Of a DNA stretch of 64,000 nucleotides, positions 36,752-48,240 are shown in pieces. Both the position numbers and the translations under genes were made by a program. The stretch lies in contig QPGO01000037.1 of assembly GCA_008632985.1 (NCBI GenBank), positions 496,001-560,000 of the forward strand, read 5' to 3'. The number at the start of each line of letters is the position of its first letter. Within the stretch, counting starts at the first letter, position 1. The notes beneath the pieces are model-generated. The model was not told the origin of the DNA. It worked only from the letters and a program-made list of their open reading frames with translations, and searched no databases. Source of the DNA: Psammoneis japonica (taxonomy: Eukaryota).

Positions 36752-39700
36752 CGGTAATTTTCAGAAAAGCAGCACGGAACAAGATTGTCCGGATGGCGCA
36801 CAAGGGAAAAATCGAGACGCAGCAATGGTGTTGGTAAGTGCGACATGCTTGGTGACAAGACATAGTGCAAATAGAGTTCACAGAAGAAGCGGAATGCACA
36901 TAGTTCGTCGACAGAAATTTCATTGTTGAAAGCTTCAACGTTGCTCGTCGCTCGCCCTTCTCGTGTCACAGGCGTCGTTCAACCCAAAGCAATCCGGTTG
37001 TCTCACCGCATCCCTCCATCACCGGACGACGTCTAGCTGAAGCAAAGCATAATGTCGTGAGCGTGAAAAGAACGTACTTTTACCTCCATGGTCTTCCGTG
37101 GAACTTTCAGAGCTCTTGTTGGTGCTGTTTGAGTTTGTGGCTGGTTCTGGCGTCGCAGAGTGAGTGACCTAAGGGTGAGGAGATTGATTCAACCTACAAA
37201 CACGTTGTTTTCGCCACTCTTCAATATTTTCTTGCCTCAACTGCTTGTTCCCGGCGTCTGTTTTTGTTTTTTAAACTGCGACGAAAGGCGTTTACCAGGC
37301 CCTGAACATGAACCGCGTGTTGGTCTTGCAAGACTGACGAATCATCTGAGACGACTCCTCCAGACTATCCAAGACTGATTCTTGCTCGTTGTCCCCGCCC
37401 GCCCTCGTCGCGCTTTCACGCACGCGGGGCCCGCTACATTTTTCAGTTCACTTGTCCGTCGATTTTTTTAATTAGGGGACCTCCCTCCGAGGCTGAAATC
37501 TTTCAATCCGCCGATTGCCGCCATGAGAACCGTAGAGCGCCACTGGCAAAAGATGCCACAGCCATGACGACGATGAACACCGGCATTGCAGTGACCCTCG
37601 GGCCTTCCGACTTCATCGGCCGCATTGGATGGGGTGATGTTGAGCCTCGAGAAGTCAAGAAGGCCTTGGATGGGAGGAAGTTCACGACAGCAAAAAAGAA
37701 ACAGCTTCTCATTCAACCCAAATTGTGGCAGAACTTCGCACAGTCGCTTTGAGTTGACATCGGGCGAGGTTGATCCGCACATTGCTCAACCCGAGGAAGC
37801 GACAAAGGAAATGCCCAATCTCTCAAGAGGCAACATCAGTGGATCAATTTGCAGCGAATGGCAGACATGAACGATTGCTCGTCGAAACAAAATCCAAAAT
37901 GCACAACCACCTTTGAGTTGGCTTTGCCAATTTTCACACTGTTGCAAAAAATCCTCCAAGATGTTGGTGGGACAATGTGCATGTTCGTCCATGTCTCTGA
38001 AGGTCAGCTCTGTGGTGCGAATTGGTTGATTTTGAACGCAGAAGTTGGAAAGGTGCAAGGCGTTTTGTGTGCATGCAGTGAACAAAAACTCAAGCACCAA
38101 CTCACCAGTTTGCTGTTGACTGTGCTCTTTTCTCTTTCTACGCTGATCACAGTCACACATGACTTTTGCTGCAAACTGCTCAAATTCCAGTGTCTCTTGA
38201 GTGGTGTCTTCGAGCACTCCAGTCCCATGGATGCCCTCAAAATTTCGGTGCCAGCCCTCTGGTGCTGGCATCTGGCAGAATTCGCTGCTCTGCACTGTGC
38301 TCTCCAATCTCCCCGCTGCCCTCTTTCAAGTCACCTGGGGCCCTGTCAGTGCAAGCTCGTCATGAAGGCGCTCGCTCCCGCACTGTGTTTCCGTGTGTCG
38401 GCGTGGCTGTTGTTGTGCTGGGAGAGTCTTGTCCTCTGAAAAAGACAGAAAATCAAAGGATGCTGCTGCTCAGTCACTCAAGAAGGGATCAGTCACTGTG
38501 CTCTGGCATTCTGCACAAAGAATTTGGATTGAACTCACTTGTGCTTCCAAAGCAAAACCAATGGAGAATGGAGAATGTGCATCTGGAGAAAAATGAGTGC
38601 ATGGGGAGGACTGTCTCTGTCCTGTTCCAAGCCAAACATGGAAAAGGAGCTTGGGAGGAGACCACAAGGACCCAAGGCCTGGTGCATTCATTGCCATGGG
38701 GTCAGAAGCAGCAGCCATGGCAATGATCAGTCCAAGTTGCCGTCGAAACAAGAGACCTTCCAACTGTTGGCATGAAAAGCCTCTTGGAGAATGTTTGCAG
38801 CTTGTGAGTTGTGTTCTTTGAGATCTGTTGTTCACAAGAAAACATGGGCAGCAAAAGATGTCATGCAAGCACTCCTTCAACCTTTTCTAATCCAGTCACA
38901 TTGGACAAGCTCCCACCCTCGCAATGCATGGGCTCTTTTGTTGCCCGTGTGCCAACTCTCATGACAAGTGTTTTTTGCCAATTCCGCACGTGGTTTCTCC
39001 ATCGACTGAGTGCCCGATTGGCTGGACACTGTTCAGTCTTTGTTGTTCTCTTGCCAACAACATTCATTCCCAGTGAGAAAACGTTGTGAACGAATCATTC
39101 ACAAGTCTCTTGAGTGTGGAGCCCTCGGCTTCTCACAACTGCACCGCGTCGGTGCACGGTCGTTGCAGGGGGGCGCGTTCTTGCATCATTCTGCACTTTT
39201 CCATTCATTGTTCTTTGCAGCAGTGCTCCACATCATCATGTGCACCACTGCATCATGTGACACCAATGCCAAAGTGGCCAGTTTGCTCCACATGATGGCA
39301 GATGGGTGGTCATGGTGTGTTTTGCCGTGTGAATCTTGAATCTCACGTGGCTTGTCGGATTGAAACATTTCAATTTAAAACAGAAAATTAAGAGAGCCCA
39401 TGCAGAGCAGAAGGGAACAGCAGAGGGAGGCACGGAGGTGGCTGCAGTGACGGCAGAGTAGAAGGGCCGAAGGACACAGGACAAAGGGCGTTTAGAGGAA
39501 GGTGTGGGTGAGGAGGGAGCAGGGAGGGAGGAAGTGAATCGGAGGATGTGCGTAGAAAGGTGAAGAACGACGTTGCAGCCAAGGGTTTGGGTGGCCCACT
39601 GGGATGGGGAGGCTGTGCGGCAGGTGCTCCCAAAGCGATCGGCGGACAGGCAATGCCATGCGAAGTCAGCGGATGGAAGGATTGCAGATGGAGATGACAA

Positions 39701-41636
39701 AGCACAGAGGAAGGCGGAGCAGGAGGCAACGGAGTGACAAAAGTCAGAGGAAGAGGACCAGGGCGGCTTGGGCTGAGAGCAGATGGAAGAAGACGCAGGG
39801 CCAAAGAGCAAGCGGTGAGCAAAGCAGCCGAGACCACCAAGGTGATCGACGGTGAAGGGGAGCAGGAAGATGCCATCGTTGTCAAGCAAAGAAACAACAA
39901 GGGATCCATCAGCAAAGGAAGCAGAGGGGCCAAGGAACTTCAATCTCACGCTCGAGTGGTGTGCCTCAGTTAAAATGGGAGAAGAGGGAGCAGGCAGACC
40001 TGGAGGAGGGCAAGAAGGAGCTTGAGGGACGGCAACATCCACTGCAATGTAATGATGATGGGAAGGAGCAGAAAGGGAGGCGGGAGGGGGAATTGTGTCA
40101 ACTGGGGTGTCTGTGGGGTTGGCAGTTGTGTGGTGGGGAAACAGGTGGTGGAGGAGGCGTGTGCAGTGCGCTGGGAGAGGGAGAGAAAAAGGGTTGGCCA
40201 AGGGTGCAGACAGACGGTCGTGAGGAGGAGTTGGTGATGGTGGGATGGCAGAGGAGGAAAGCTTGACATGTGGAGAGATGGTTGGAGAGAGCAAAGCCAA
40301 AATTGAGGCTGAGGATTTGGGAAGCCCAGAGCAGGAGTGTTGCTGCATGACAGGAGGAGCCGAAGTGATTGGTGAAAGTTTGTTTCCAGGCCGCATTGGA
40401 TTGGGTGAGGAGGTTGGAAGGAGCTAAAAGGGAGTTGGTGCAGGCGGAGAAGGATGCGTGCGAGTTGGACAAAGAGGATGGGCTGGACCAGGGCGGTTTG
40501 GGAGGGAGGGGTGGGACGGAGGAAGAGGCAGTGGTGGAAGCGCCAAAGAAAAAGACATGGAAGTGATGTCCAATGCCTCCGAGGTGGTCAAAGGTAAAAG
40601 GGAGGAGGAAGAGGCCTGCTTGGTTGATGGCGTCAATGACGTCGGAGCCATGAGCAGAGGATGTAGAACAGCCGAGGAGCTTGTCCCGAGTGCTGCTGAG
40701 GTGAGCCTTGTTGAGTGGGTTTTCAGGGACAGGCAAACCAGGTGCAGGAGGCGGGGGAGCGGGCGGTGCGGTGACACCAATTGCCAGGAATTGGTGGGTG
40801 GATGGAGCGTTTGGTGGTGTGGAGCCGGGAGTGAGTTGGATGCCGACGTTGGCGGGGTGTTTTAGAGGGTGGTCGGGTGGGAGTCCGGCAGGGTCGAGGT
40901 AGACTTGTTGGCGAGACCGGCAGAGACCGCACATGGGGCCGAGGGTTTCGATGACAGTGTGGATGGTGTCACGGATGTGGTTGGACAGAGGGCCTTTGTG
41001 CATTTTGGAGCAGGCAAAGGCGCGATCGCTGCACGGGTCGGGGTGGGCGTGGCCACATGGGCAGTTGTGTTGGGAGAGGGTGGATGGGACAATGGGCAGG
41101 CGGAGCTTGCGCAGGAGGAGGATTGTGAAGAGGTGTGGCGGAAGGCGGTTGGAAGTGGGGGTGCGGGACAGGGAGTGAAGGCACAGGCTTGTGAGTGGGG
41201 ACAATGGGGATGGGAGCACCAGTTGGATGGAAGGATCAGCGAGGAGCAGGGGAAGGGTGTTGTGTGCATGATGGTGGAGGTGAAGGTGCTGTGAGAGACT
41301 GCATGGGGTGTGGTGTTTGACAGCGTGTGGAAGGGAGGTGAAAGAGGAAGAATCAAGTTTGAGAAGGGTGGGAGCGCAGTGGCGAAAGATTTGGTAGAGG
41401 GAGAGAGTAGAGCAAGGGTTGGACCATGAACCAAGAGCGGCAGAGCGGCTTGAGGGAAGGTGGAAGATGGTGCCACCGGTGAGTGGGATGCCATGTTTGG
41501 TGCAACGGACAGATCGGAGGAGGGAGGTGATTAGAGCGGGGACGGCAACTGCGGAGACATCTCAATGTCCGATGCTGCCCAAGGAGATGGGCAGGGTGGC
41601 AATGAGTTTGGAGGCGGATGGGAACGGGTCGGCATG

Positions 41637-43515
41637 CTACCGGAGGACTCAACCGGTCCCGGCGTCCGTGACTGAAATTTCACCACGGTGAAGCACGAGA
41701 GTCGAATAATTCGATTGGACTCAACCGGTCCCGATTTTGCATTGAAAACGGCATGTTGTACTTTGATGCATCTCGCCATGGCATACATCGTTGGGTCGAT
41801 GTATCTTTCATGTGGGATCTTTTTCTATCGTTGTTATAAAGAGGTTGATGCATTGGTTTGGTTTCCTGGGGGGCTTTGGTGGCGACACACGGTACAAACG
41901 GTTGCGTGCCTCGACTCGTGACTCGATTGCTGCACGGTACGGGTGACATCTGAATGGTCGACAACGTTGCCGTGGTAAGTTCTTTCTGTGTTTTCTCATT
42001 TTATACCGTTTATCTACTCACTGAAGATGTTGTTTGTGCTTTGTTACAGCTTCATAGGAGGATATATCGTCTCGTACGGTCGATTATTGCATCTGCAATA
42101 TTGGCATCTTTTTCACGTCGTCGTCATCACAAAAGCGCATCCGTTTGGGAGCCTTGTGCTTCATCCCACTCCACATCTTTTGGTACATCTATTTTTACTA
42201 TTTATTTGGACTTGTGACAAGCTTGATATGTTTTTGAAGGTCTTGGTCGGCTCGTAATCACAGCATGTCGTTTTTCGGCGATAACAATTTCTTGAAAGTG
42301 CATGCCGTGGGAACAAAACGATGCGATGGAGTCTCGGGGATACTCACGACATTGGCATTTGTCAGACAGCCTTTCCATAGTCCAAAGAAGGTAACCCTGT
42401 GAGCATGTTGTGATTGATTGAGTTTTGGACTCGTTTTGACGAAACTTGCATACCTCACGAGCCTTTTTTGGTGCGTCTCGATCATGCGCACAGGTGTCTG
42501 GTCCTTTTTGACCCTTTCCACCTACCCTTCAACCGCATTATCATCATCATCTAAGACACAATATTGTCCACGTTATTTTGGGAGATCTTTGTGGTGTAAC
42601 TACGACTCTAGGCTTTGCAATGGGTAAAATGGGAAGGTTGAGGCTTGTGTTGGCGGGTTCATCGCCTCCTCTTGAATGCGCGGATGCCACGAACCGCTGA
42701 TGTTACTTGGGGGCATAAAAATTAGTAAGGCGACTCAGCTCTACATTTAAAAGGTGCCCTAGTGAGTATACTGTGACATGTAACCCCAATGGATTATTAT
42801 TGTGTACGTTGTTCCACTCATATTTTCATTTTGCCTGTCATTTTCCAGTGTGACTGTCGTTGACCGTTAAAGCTTGCAGTGGCATTTCCAGGCCCATGTT
42901 CTACATGACAGATATCTTTTGATACTCTTTGCTCATATGGGGAAATCAGATCCTGGAGCACTCAGTTCCTAGTCGGGTGTAGAGAGGTACAAGTGCAATG
43001 GATGAAATTTGGACCAGGGCACAGATGGAGTTGGGGCGAACGTGCTGTTTCTTCTCGCTGGTAGAGTTAGTTAGTGTGGGTGTGCGTGCGGATGGCCTCT
43101 CTATTTAGGGCTACTACTCTCTAGAGTGCTACAGTGCCACTCTAGAGTAGAACTTGGCGCAAAAGGTAAGAGATCAATTTTTTTGTGATTTTCGACTCGT
43201 CGCGGCATCTTCGGCGTTGTCCGTTGACGACGATAAGCAATCAATTGAAATGACTTATAGACTTATAGGCATTTTGTTGTTCTTTAGAGATATGATTGTA
43301 TAGCTTCTAGTATTCTAGCTTTCTTCAAGGGTAGGATTGTATCGCATGTCCTTCGGGAAGAAGTCGCTTTGCGTTATCATTGCGTTGTGGCGGCACTCTC
43401 AAACTCATCCATCGCGGCGGCTTGTGCGTAGGGCTACGTACTAATTCTAGCGAGCGTCCGTCAGTCAGCCGGCGGGACCGGTTGAGGCAGCGGGACCGGT
43501 TGAGTCCGCCGGTAG
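41637..43515. mobile_element. Young non-autonomous DNA transposon, 1879 bp, 25-bp TIRs, CATG target-site duplication; not TpA-depleted
   Basis: Left ctaccggaggactcaaccggtcccg vs reverse complement of right ctaccggcggactcaaccggtcccg (1 mismatch). CATG at 41633-41636 and 43516-43519. Extra ctcaaccggtccc copies near 41720 and 43474. Excision restores the host frame LTQH/ADPFPSASKLIATLPISLG. Confidence 0.9.
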
Positions 43516-43519
43516 CATG

Positions 43520-45076
43520 TTGGGTGAGGCAGGTGAGGAATCGGAGGGAGTGGCCGATGATTTGGTCGGTGAAGGGGGATGCCCATTGAAAAGGGGGTGG
43601 GAAGTCATCGGAGCGCAGAAGGTTGTGACATGTGTCGGCGGACAGCAGGTGGGTGATGGAAGGGATGGAGCACTTGCGGAAGAGGGTGCTTTGTGTTTGT
43701 TTGTCGGTGAGACGGACGGTGAGGCGATGAAGGTCGGTGGCAAAGGAGGTGGCCTTGTTGTGAAGGAAATCGAGGGCAAAAGTGGGCGAACCGATGGGGC
43801 GACCGAGGAAGCGGGTGCCGGTGGTGATCTCGGGCGTGACATGGGGACTGTTGTGGGGATTTAGGAAGGTCAAGGCTTCGGAGAGTGCGGCGGCGTCGGC
43901 AGGTGGGAGGTGGTTGACGGGAGAAGAGCCGGCAATGGATGTGAGAATTTGGGTCTTGGAGGTGTTGAGCTTGATGCCAAATTGGGGGCCGCAGGTGGAG
44001 AGTTGTTGGAGGAACCAAGGGAGCTGGGAGAAGGGAAGGAAGATGTGGGTGTCATCAATGCATGAAGAGGCAGCAGATTTGGAACGGGGAGGGAGTCGAT
44101 GACACAGTTCGTCGTTGACGGGGTGGAATGCGTGAGCCAAAACAAGGTAGGAAAAGGCAGGGCTGAGGGGGCAGCCTTGAGCAAATCCCTCGGGTTGAGA
44201 GAAGGAGGACCATTGCAAGTGGTGGTCACGGTGCCAGCAGGTGTCAGGGTCTTGGCAGAGCAGGTCGAAGAAAGGCACAAGAGGGTGGCACTCGTCGGAG
44301 TTGTCGAGGGTGTGGCGACAGGCATCACGGGAGCATTCGTTGAAACAACTGGACAGGTCAAGGAGGAGGAGAGCTTTGGTTGGCGTGGAGTCTGGTTGAA
44401 AGTGTCGTTCGATGTTGGCACAGGTGGTGTCGACGAGGCAGTCGAGACCTCCTTTGACTCCGACTCCAAATTGGCCAGAGAGTGGGAGGTTGGCAGCAAA
44501 GGTGGCGGCAAAAAGGAACATGATGAGGGTGCCGATGATTCTGTGAAGGGCGGTTCCGACGCTGATGGGTCGAAGCTTGGATGGGTTGGATGAGTCTTTG
44601 TGGAGAGCGAGGAAGTGGTTGGAAGAAAAGACAGGTTTGATGGATGCAGGGATGTCCGCTGCAAGAATGAGATCGAGCAGATGTTTGAAGGTGAGCAAGC
44701 AGGGGCAGGAAGTGGATGTTGGCGTGGAACGGCGGTGGAGGGCGCAGGCCTTGAATGGGTCGGTGGAATCGGCAAAGGTGCCGGGTGCTTTGCCTGGTTG
44801 ACATTTGGCGAGGGCTTTGCGGAGATCGTCGGTGGTGCAGTGCAGGGGGGAGGAAGCAGATCGTTGGTGTCGGGTGGAGGGGGGAGAAGGCAGCGGTGGG
44901 TGTTTCCGGGGCGGATAAAGTTGCTTGACAAGTTCCATGCGTTCGGGGGTGAGAGAGGCAACGGGAAGGGAGGAGGTGGCCCGGGCGCAGGCGGCATGAA
45001 GGTTGTTGACGTTAGCGGCAATTTGGGCAGAGTGGGCGCAGGATGTGTTGTCAAAGTCGGGAGGTTCGTCAGACAT
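43520..45076 (-). pseudogene. Reverse transcriptase domain of CRE element B; catalytic YIDD reads CIDD
   Basis: ORF 43325-45076. The codon at 44060-44062 (minus strand TGC) precedes ATT GAT GAC. The frame continues at 41632 after removing the insertion. Confidence 0.9.
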
Positions 45077-47779
45077 GTCTGGGATGGGTGTTGAGCAAGA
45101 TTGGTCATAGAGGGCACGGATGGAACCGTTGCGGAAGAGGAAAAGACGTTGTGTGATGGTGGTGGAGAGAGGGATGTTGGAGTTCTTGGGGCGTGGGTGG
45201 AGGACGAGAGATTCAAAGAGGAAGAGGAGCTTGAAGAAAGGGTCAGAGGCTGTTTGCCAAGAAGGGGGTGGGTCGTCGGCGGGGTCGAAAGGCTTGGAGG
45301 AGTCGACAGTCCATTGGATGAGATGATGGAGGGTGAGAAGGACCTAGAGGCGAGAGGAAGGGGGGAGTTTGTGCCAGATGGAGGCGCAGAAGGGCGGAGT
45401 CGACAGGGGCAGTGAGTGGAGCCACTGAAGGGAGGCTGCCCAATCAGCAAGCTCTTGGCATGGGTGGGAGGATGCAACGAGCTGAAGATTGGCAGTTGTG
45501 CGGAATTGAAAATGGATGTCAGAAATGTGGGTGTGTGGGTGAGTGTCACGGAGGTGCATCTTGGTGGTTCGTTGGCAATGTCGGCATGGGTGCAGGTCAT
45601 GGAGCTCGAAAAAGGAGTTGGGGATGGCAAGGAGGCTGCGGTGTTTGTGTGCAGAAGAGAGATGCATGCGCAGAAGCTTGGGCACTTGAGGCGGAGGAGC
45701 ATTGGGTGGGAGGGAGAAGGAGCAGCCCTCGAAGGGGCAGGAGCAGTTGGCAACCCCTGGTGGGGTGCGGGTGCCGATGGGTTCCATTGCTGGAGGGTGG
45801 GGCGAAGTGTGTTGGGGTCTTGATTGGTGTCAGCAGCCTGTTGGGCGAGTGTGGTCCACTCAGCGAGGTGTGTGGGAGCAAAGGAGTGGACCCATTGGTC
45901 GAAGACATCGAGAAGCTCAAGGTCGCGTTGAGAGCACTCGATGTCCATGTCGGGTGGGTCGGGGTGTGGCGTGCATTCTGTGGGTGTGGACGGGGCATTG
46001 CATGTCAAGGTGGGAGTGTCGGTGGCGAAAGGGTCGGGGTCCATGGCAGCAGTTTCGGAGGAGAACGTGGAGCTGTCGAGGTCGGGAGGGTGTGAGCGTT
46101 TCTTGCGTTGTTGAGAAGGGGGCGTGCGGGTGCTGTCGCGTGTCAGTGCAATTGGGGACGGTGGCGTGGGTTCCCAGGAGGCTTCGAGGAAGGAGAGGGC
46201 TGTTTCGGACAGGGTGTCTTTTGAGAAGGTTGAGAGGTTGCTTGGGCAAAGGACGCAGATGTTCGGGCAGGGGAGGGAGGGGGGCGGCGGGGAGGGAGGT
46301 CCTTGAGGAGGTGTTTGGGGATGTTGGGACAGAGGTGGAGGGTGGCGTCAGTGATGTCCATGACAAACGGGGTGGCGAAAAAAAGGAGCTTGTGTCGGAC
46401 TGGGGTGTCACTGTGAGAGAAAAAAACAGGGATGAAACCAAAAAGGTCAGGGGTGGAGAGAAGTTCGTCGTAGTCGGAAGGCGCGGAGATGTTGAGGCGG
46501 CTCGTGACGATGGCAAAGCTGTCGGCTTGGCGTTTGTTAATGGCTTGCAGGCGCGTGGCGATGGGAAGGGTTTTGGGAAAGGAAGGGAAGGGGACAACCG
46601 AAAGGGAAAGGCCGAGGATGTGCATGATTGGAGGCGGCGTGTTGGAAGGGTTGACGACGGATAGAAAGGAGGTCCACATTTCGGGCGTGGAGGTGGTGAG
46701 AAAGTAAACGTCAGACTGGGGGATCTTGGCGGTTTGGGCGGAGAAAGTTGGGAAGCGGGAGGGGCGGACACCGACGTGATCAAGGAAGGTGCTGCACTCA
46801 GAGAAAAGAGAAAGGGTGGGGTCTGAGGGGTTGGCAGGTAAAAGGGATTTGACGTGAGTGTGCAGTTGTTGGAGAAGAAATTTGCAGGTGCATCGAGATT
46901 GACCATGGGTTTTGGGGTTGATGCCGGCGAGGATGCCGCGGGCTTGTTCAGTGAAGGAGTTGCAAGCAGGGATGAGAAAGGTGGCATAGCGAGTCCAGGG
47001 GTTGGGAGATGCGGGGGTGTCTATGGCATCCGAGGGAAGGAAGTCAGGGGAGGTGGAGGAGGCAGAGTGGTGCTTGAATTGTGTGGGAGGGTGCAGGTGC
47101 CACTTTTGCACAGTGAAGCAGAGAACTTGGTCATGGAAAGGGAGGAAATCGAAGGGTTCGTGGGAGGAGACGGGAGCAAAAGTTAGTTCGAAATAGGAGG
47201 CCCATTGATTGTGGTGAGGGCGGGAGCGGTGCTTGGTTGCAGAAAAGGTGATGTTGGCAATGTCGAAGAGAAGGCGGGGTTCACGTGCAGCGTGTGTTCA
47301 GAGGGTGGTTTGGACAATGGAGTGGACGCCGTCAACATCGATGGCGGGTTCGGGCTTGTCGGCAGGGTTGGATGGGTGCAAGAATTGAAGAAGGAGCTTG
47401 GCGGTGGTCGGAAGTGGGTTGGGATCGATGGTGTCGGTGGAGGCGTCAGGCTGCACATGAGTGTTGGAAGCATCGGGAATTTTGGTGGCGGGAGAAGGGG
47501 TGGCAGCAGCAGTGAAGATGGAAGAGGAGTCAAGGGATGGAGGGTGGGAAGGGGAAGTGACTGTGTGGACAGTTGGGGGCAGAGGCTGGGCTGGGGTCTT
47601 GGGTGGAGACGCAGGCAGGGAGTGGGGGTCGTGGGGGTCGCGTGGTGGGGCAGTGGGGGTTGGAAGCAAGGGTTGAGATGTCTGGGAGTCTTGGGAGTTC
47701 TGGATGCTTTCTTGGAGGGAGGGCCAGTTGGAGTGGTCATTGAGGGAGGACATGGCGGAGTGCAAAAGGGAGCGAAAGG

Positions 47780-48240
47780 CGGAGTCGAAGTCGAAGGCAG
47801 AATCGAGGGTGGAGTCGGAGGCGAGAGCGGAGTCGGGGGTGGAGTCGGAGGTGAGAGCGGAGTCGGGGTTGGAGTTGCAGAGGTTGAAGTGTTGCGCAGG
47901 TTGTCTGTGCATTGTAGGAGATTTGACATGTTCAGAGTCGAGTGCAGGAAATTGGATGTGTTCAGAGTCGATGTGGTGCGTAGATTCCCCGTGTGTCGCA
48001 GGAAAGTTGATGTGTTCGGAGTCAAAGTCAAAAGCGGAATCGAAGTCAGAGCAAGAAACAAAAGCAGAGTTGTGGTCATTGATGTGTTGCGTAGATTTCT
48101 CATGTGTCGCAGGAAAGTTGATGTGGTCAGGGTTGAAGCAAAAAGCGGAATTGAAGTCAGAGTCGGAAATGAAAGCAGAGTTGTGGCCATTGATGTGGTG
48201 CGTGAATTTGTTGTGTGTCGAAGGAAAGTTTTTGTGTGCC
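47780..48240. repeat. Coding tandem repeats (30-bp and about 108-bp units) in the CRE B ORF1 region
   Basis: Repeated ggagtcggagg.gagagcggagtcgggg and gatgtg.tgcgtagatt...tgtgtcgcaggaaagttgatgtg units. Confidence 0.75.
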
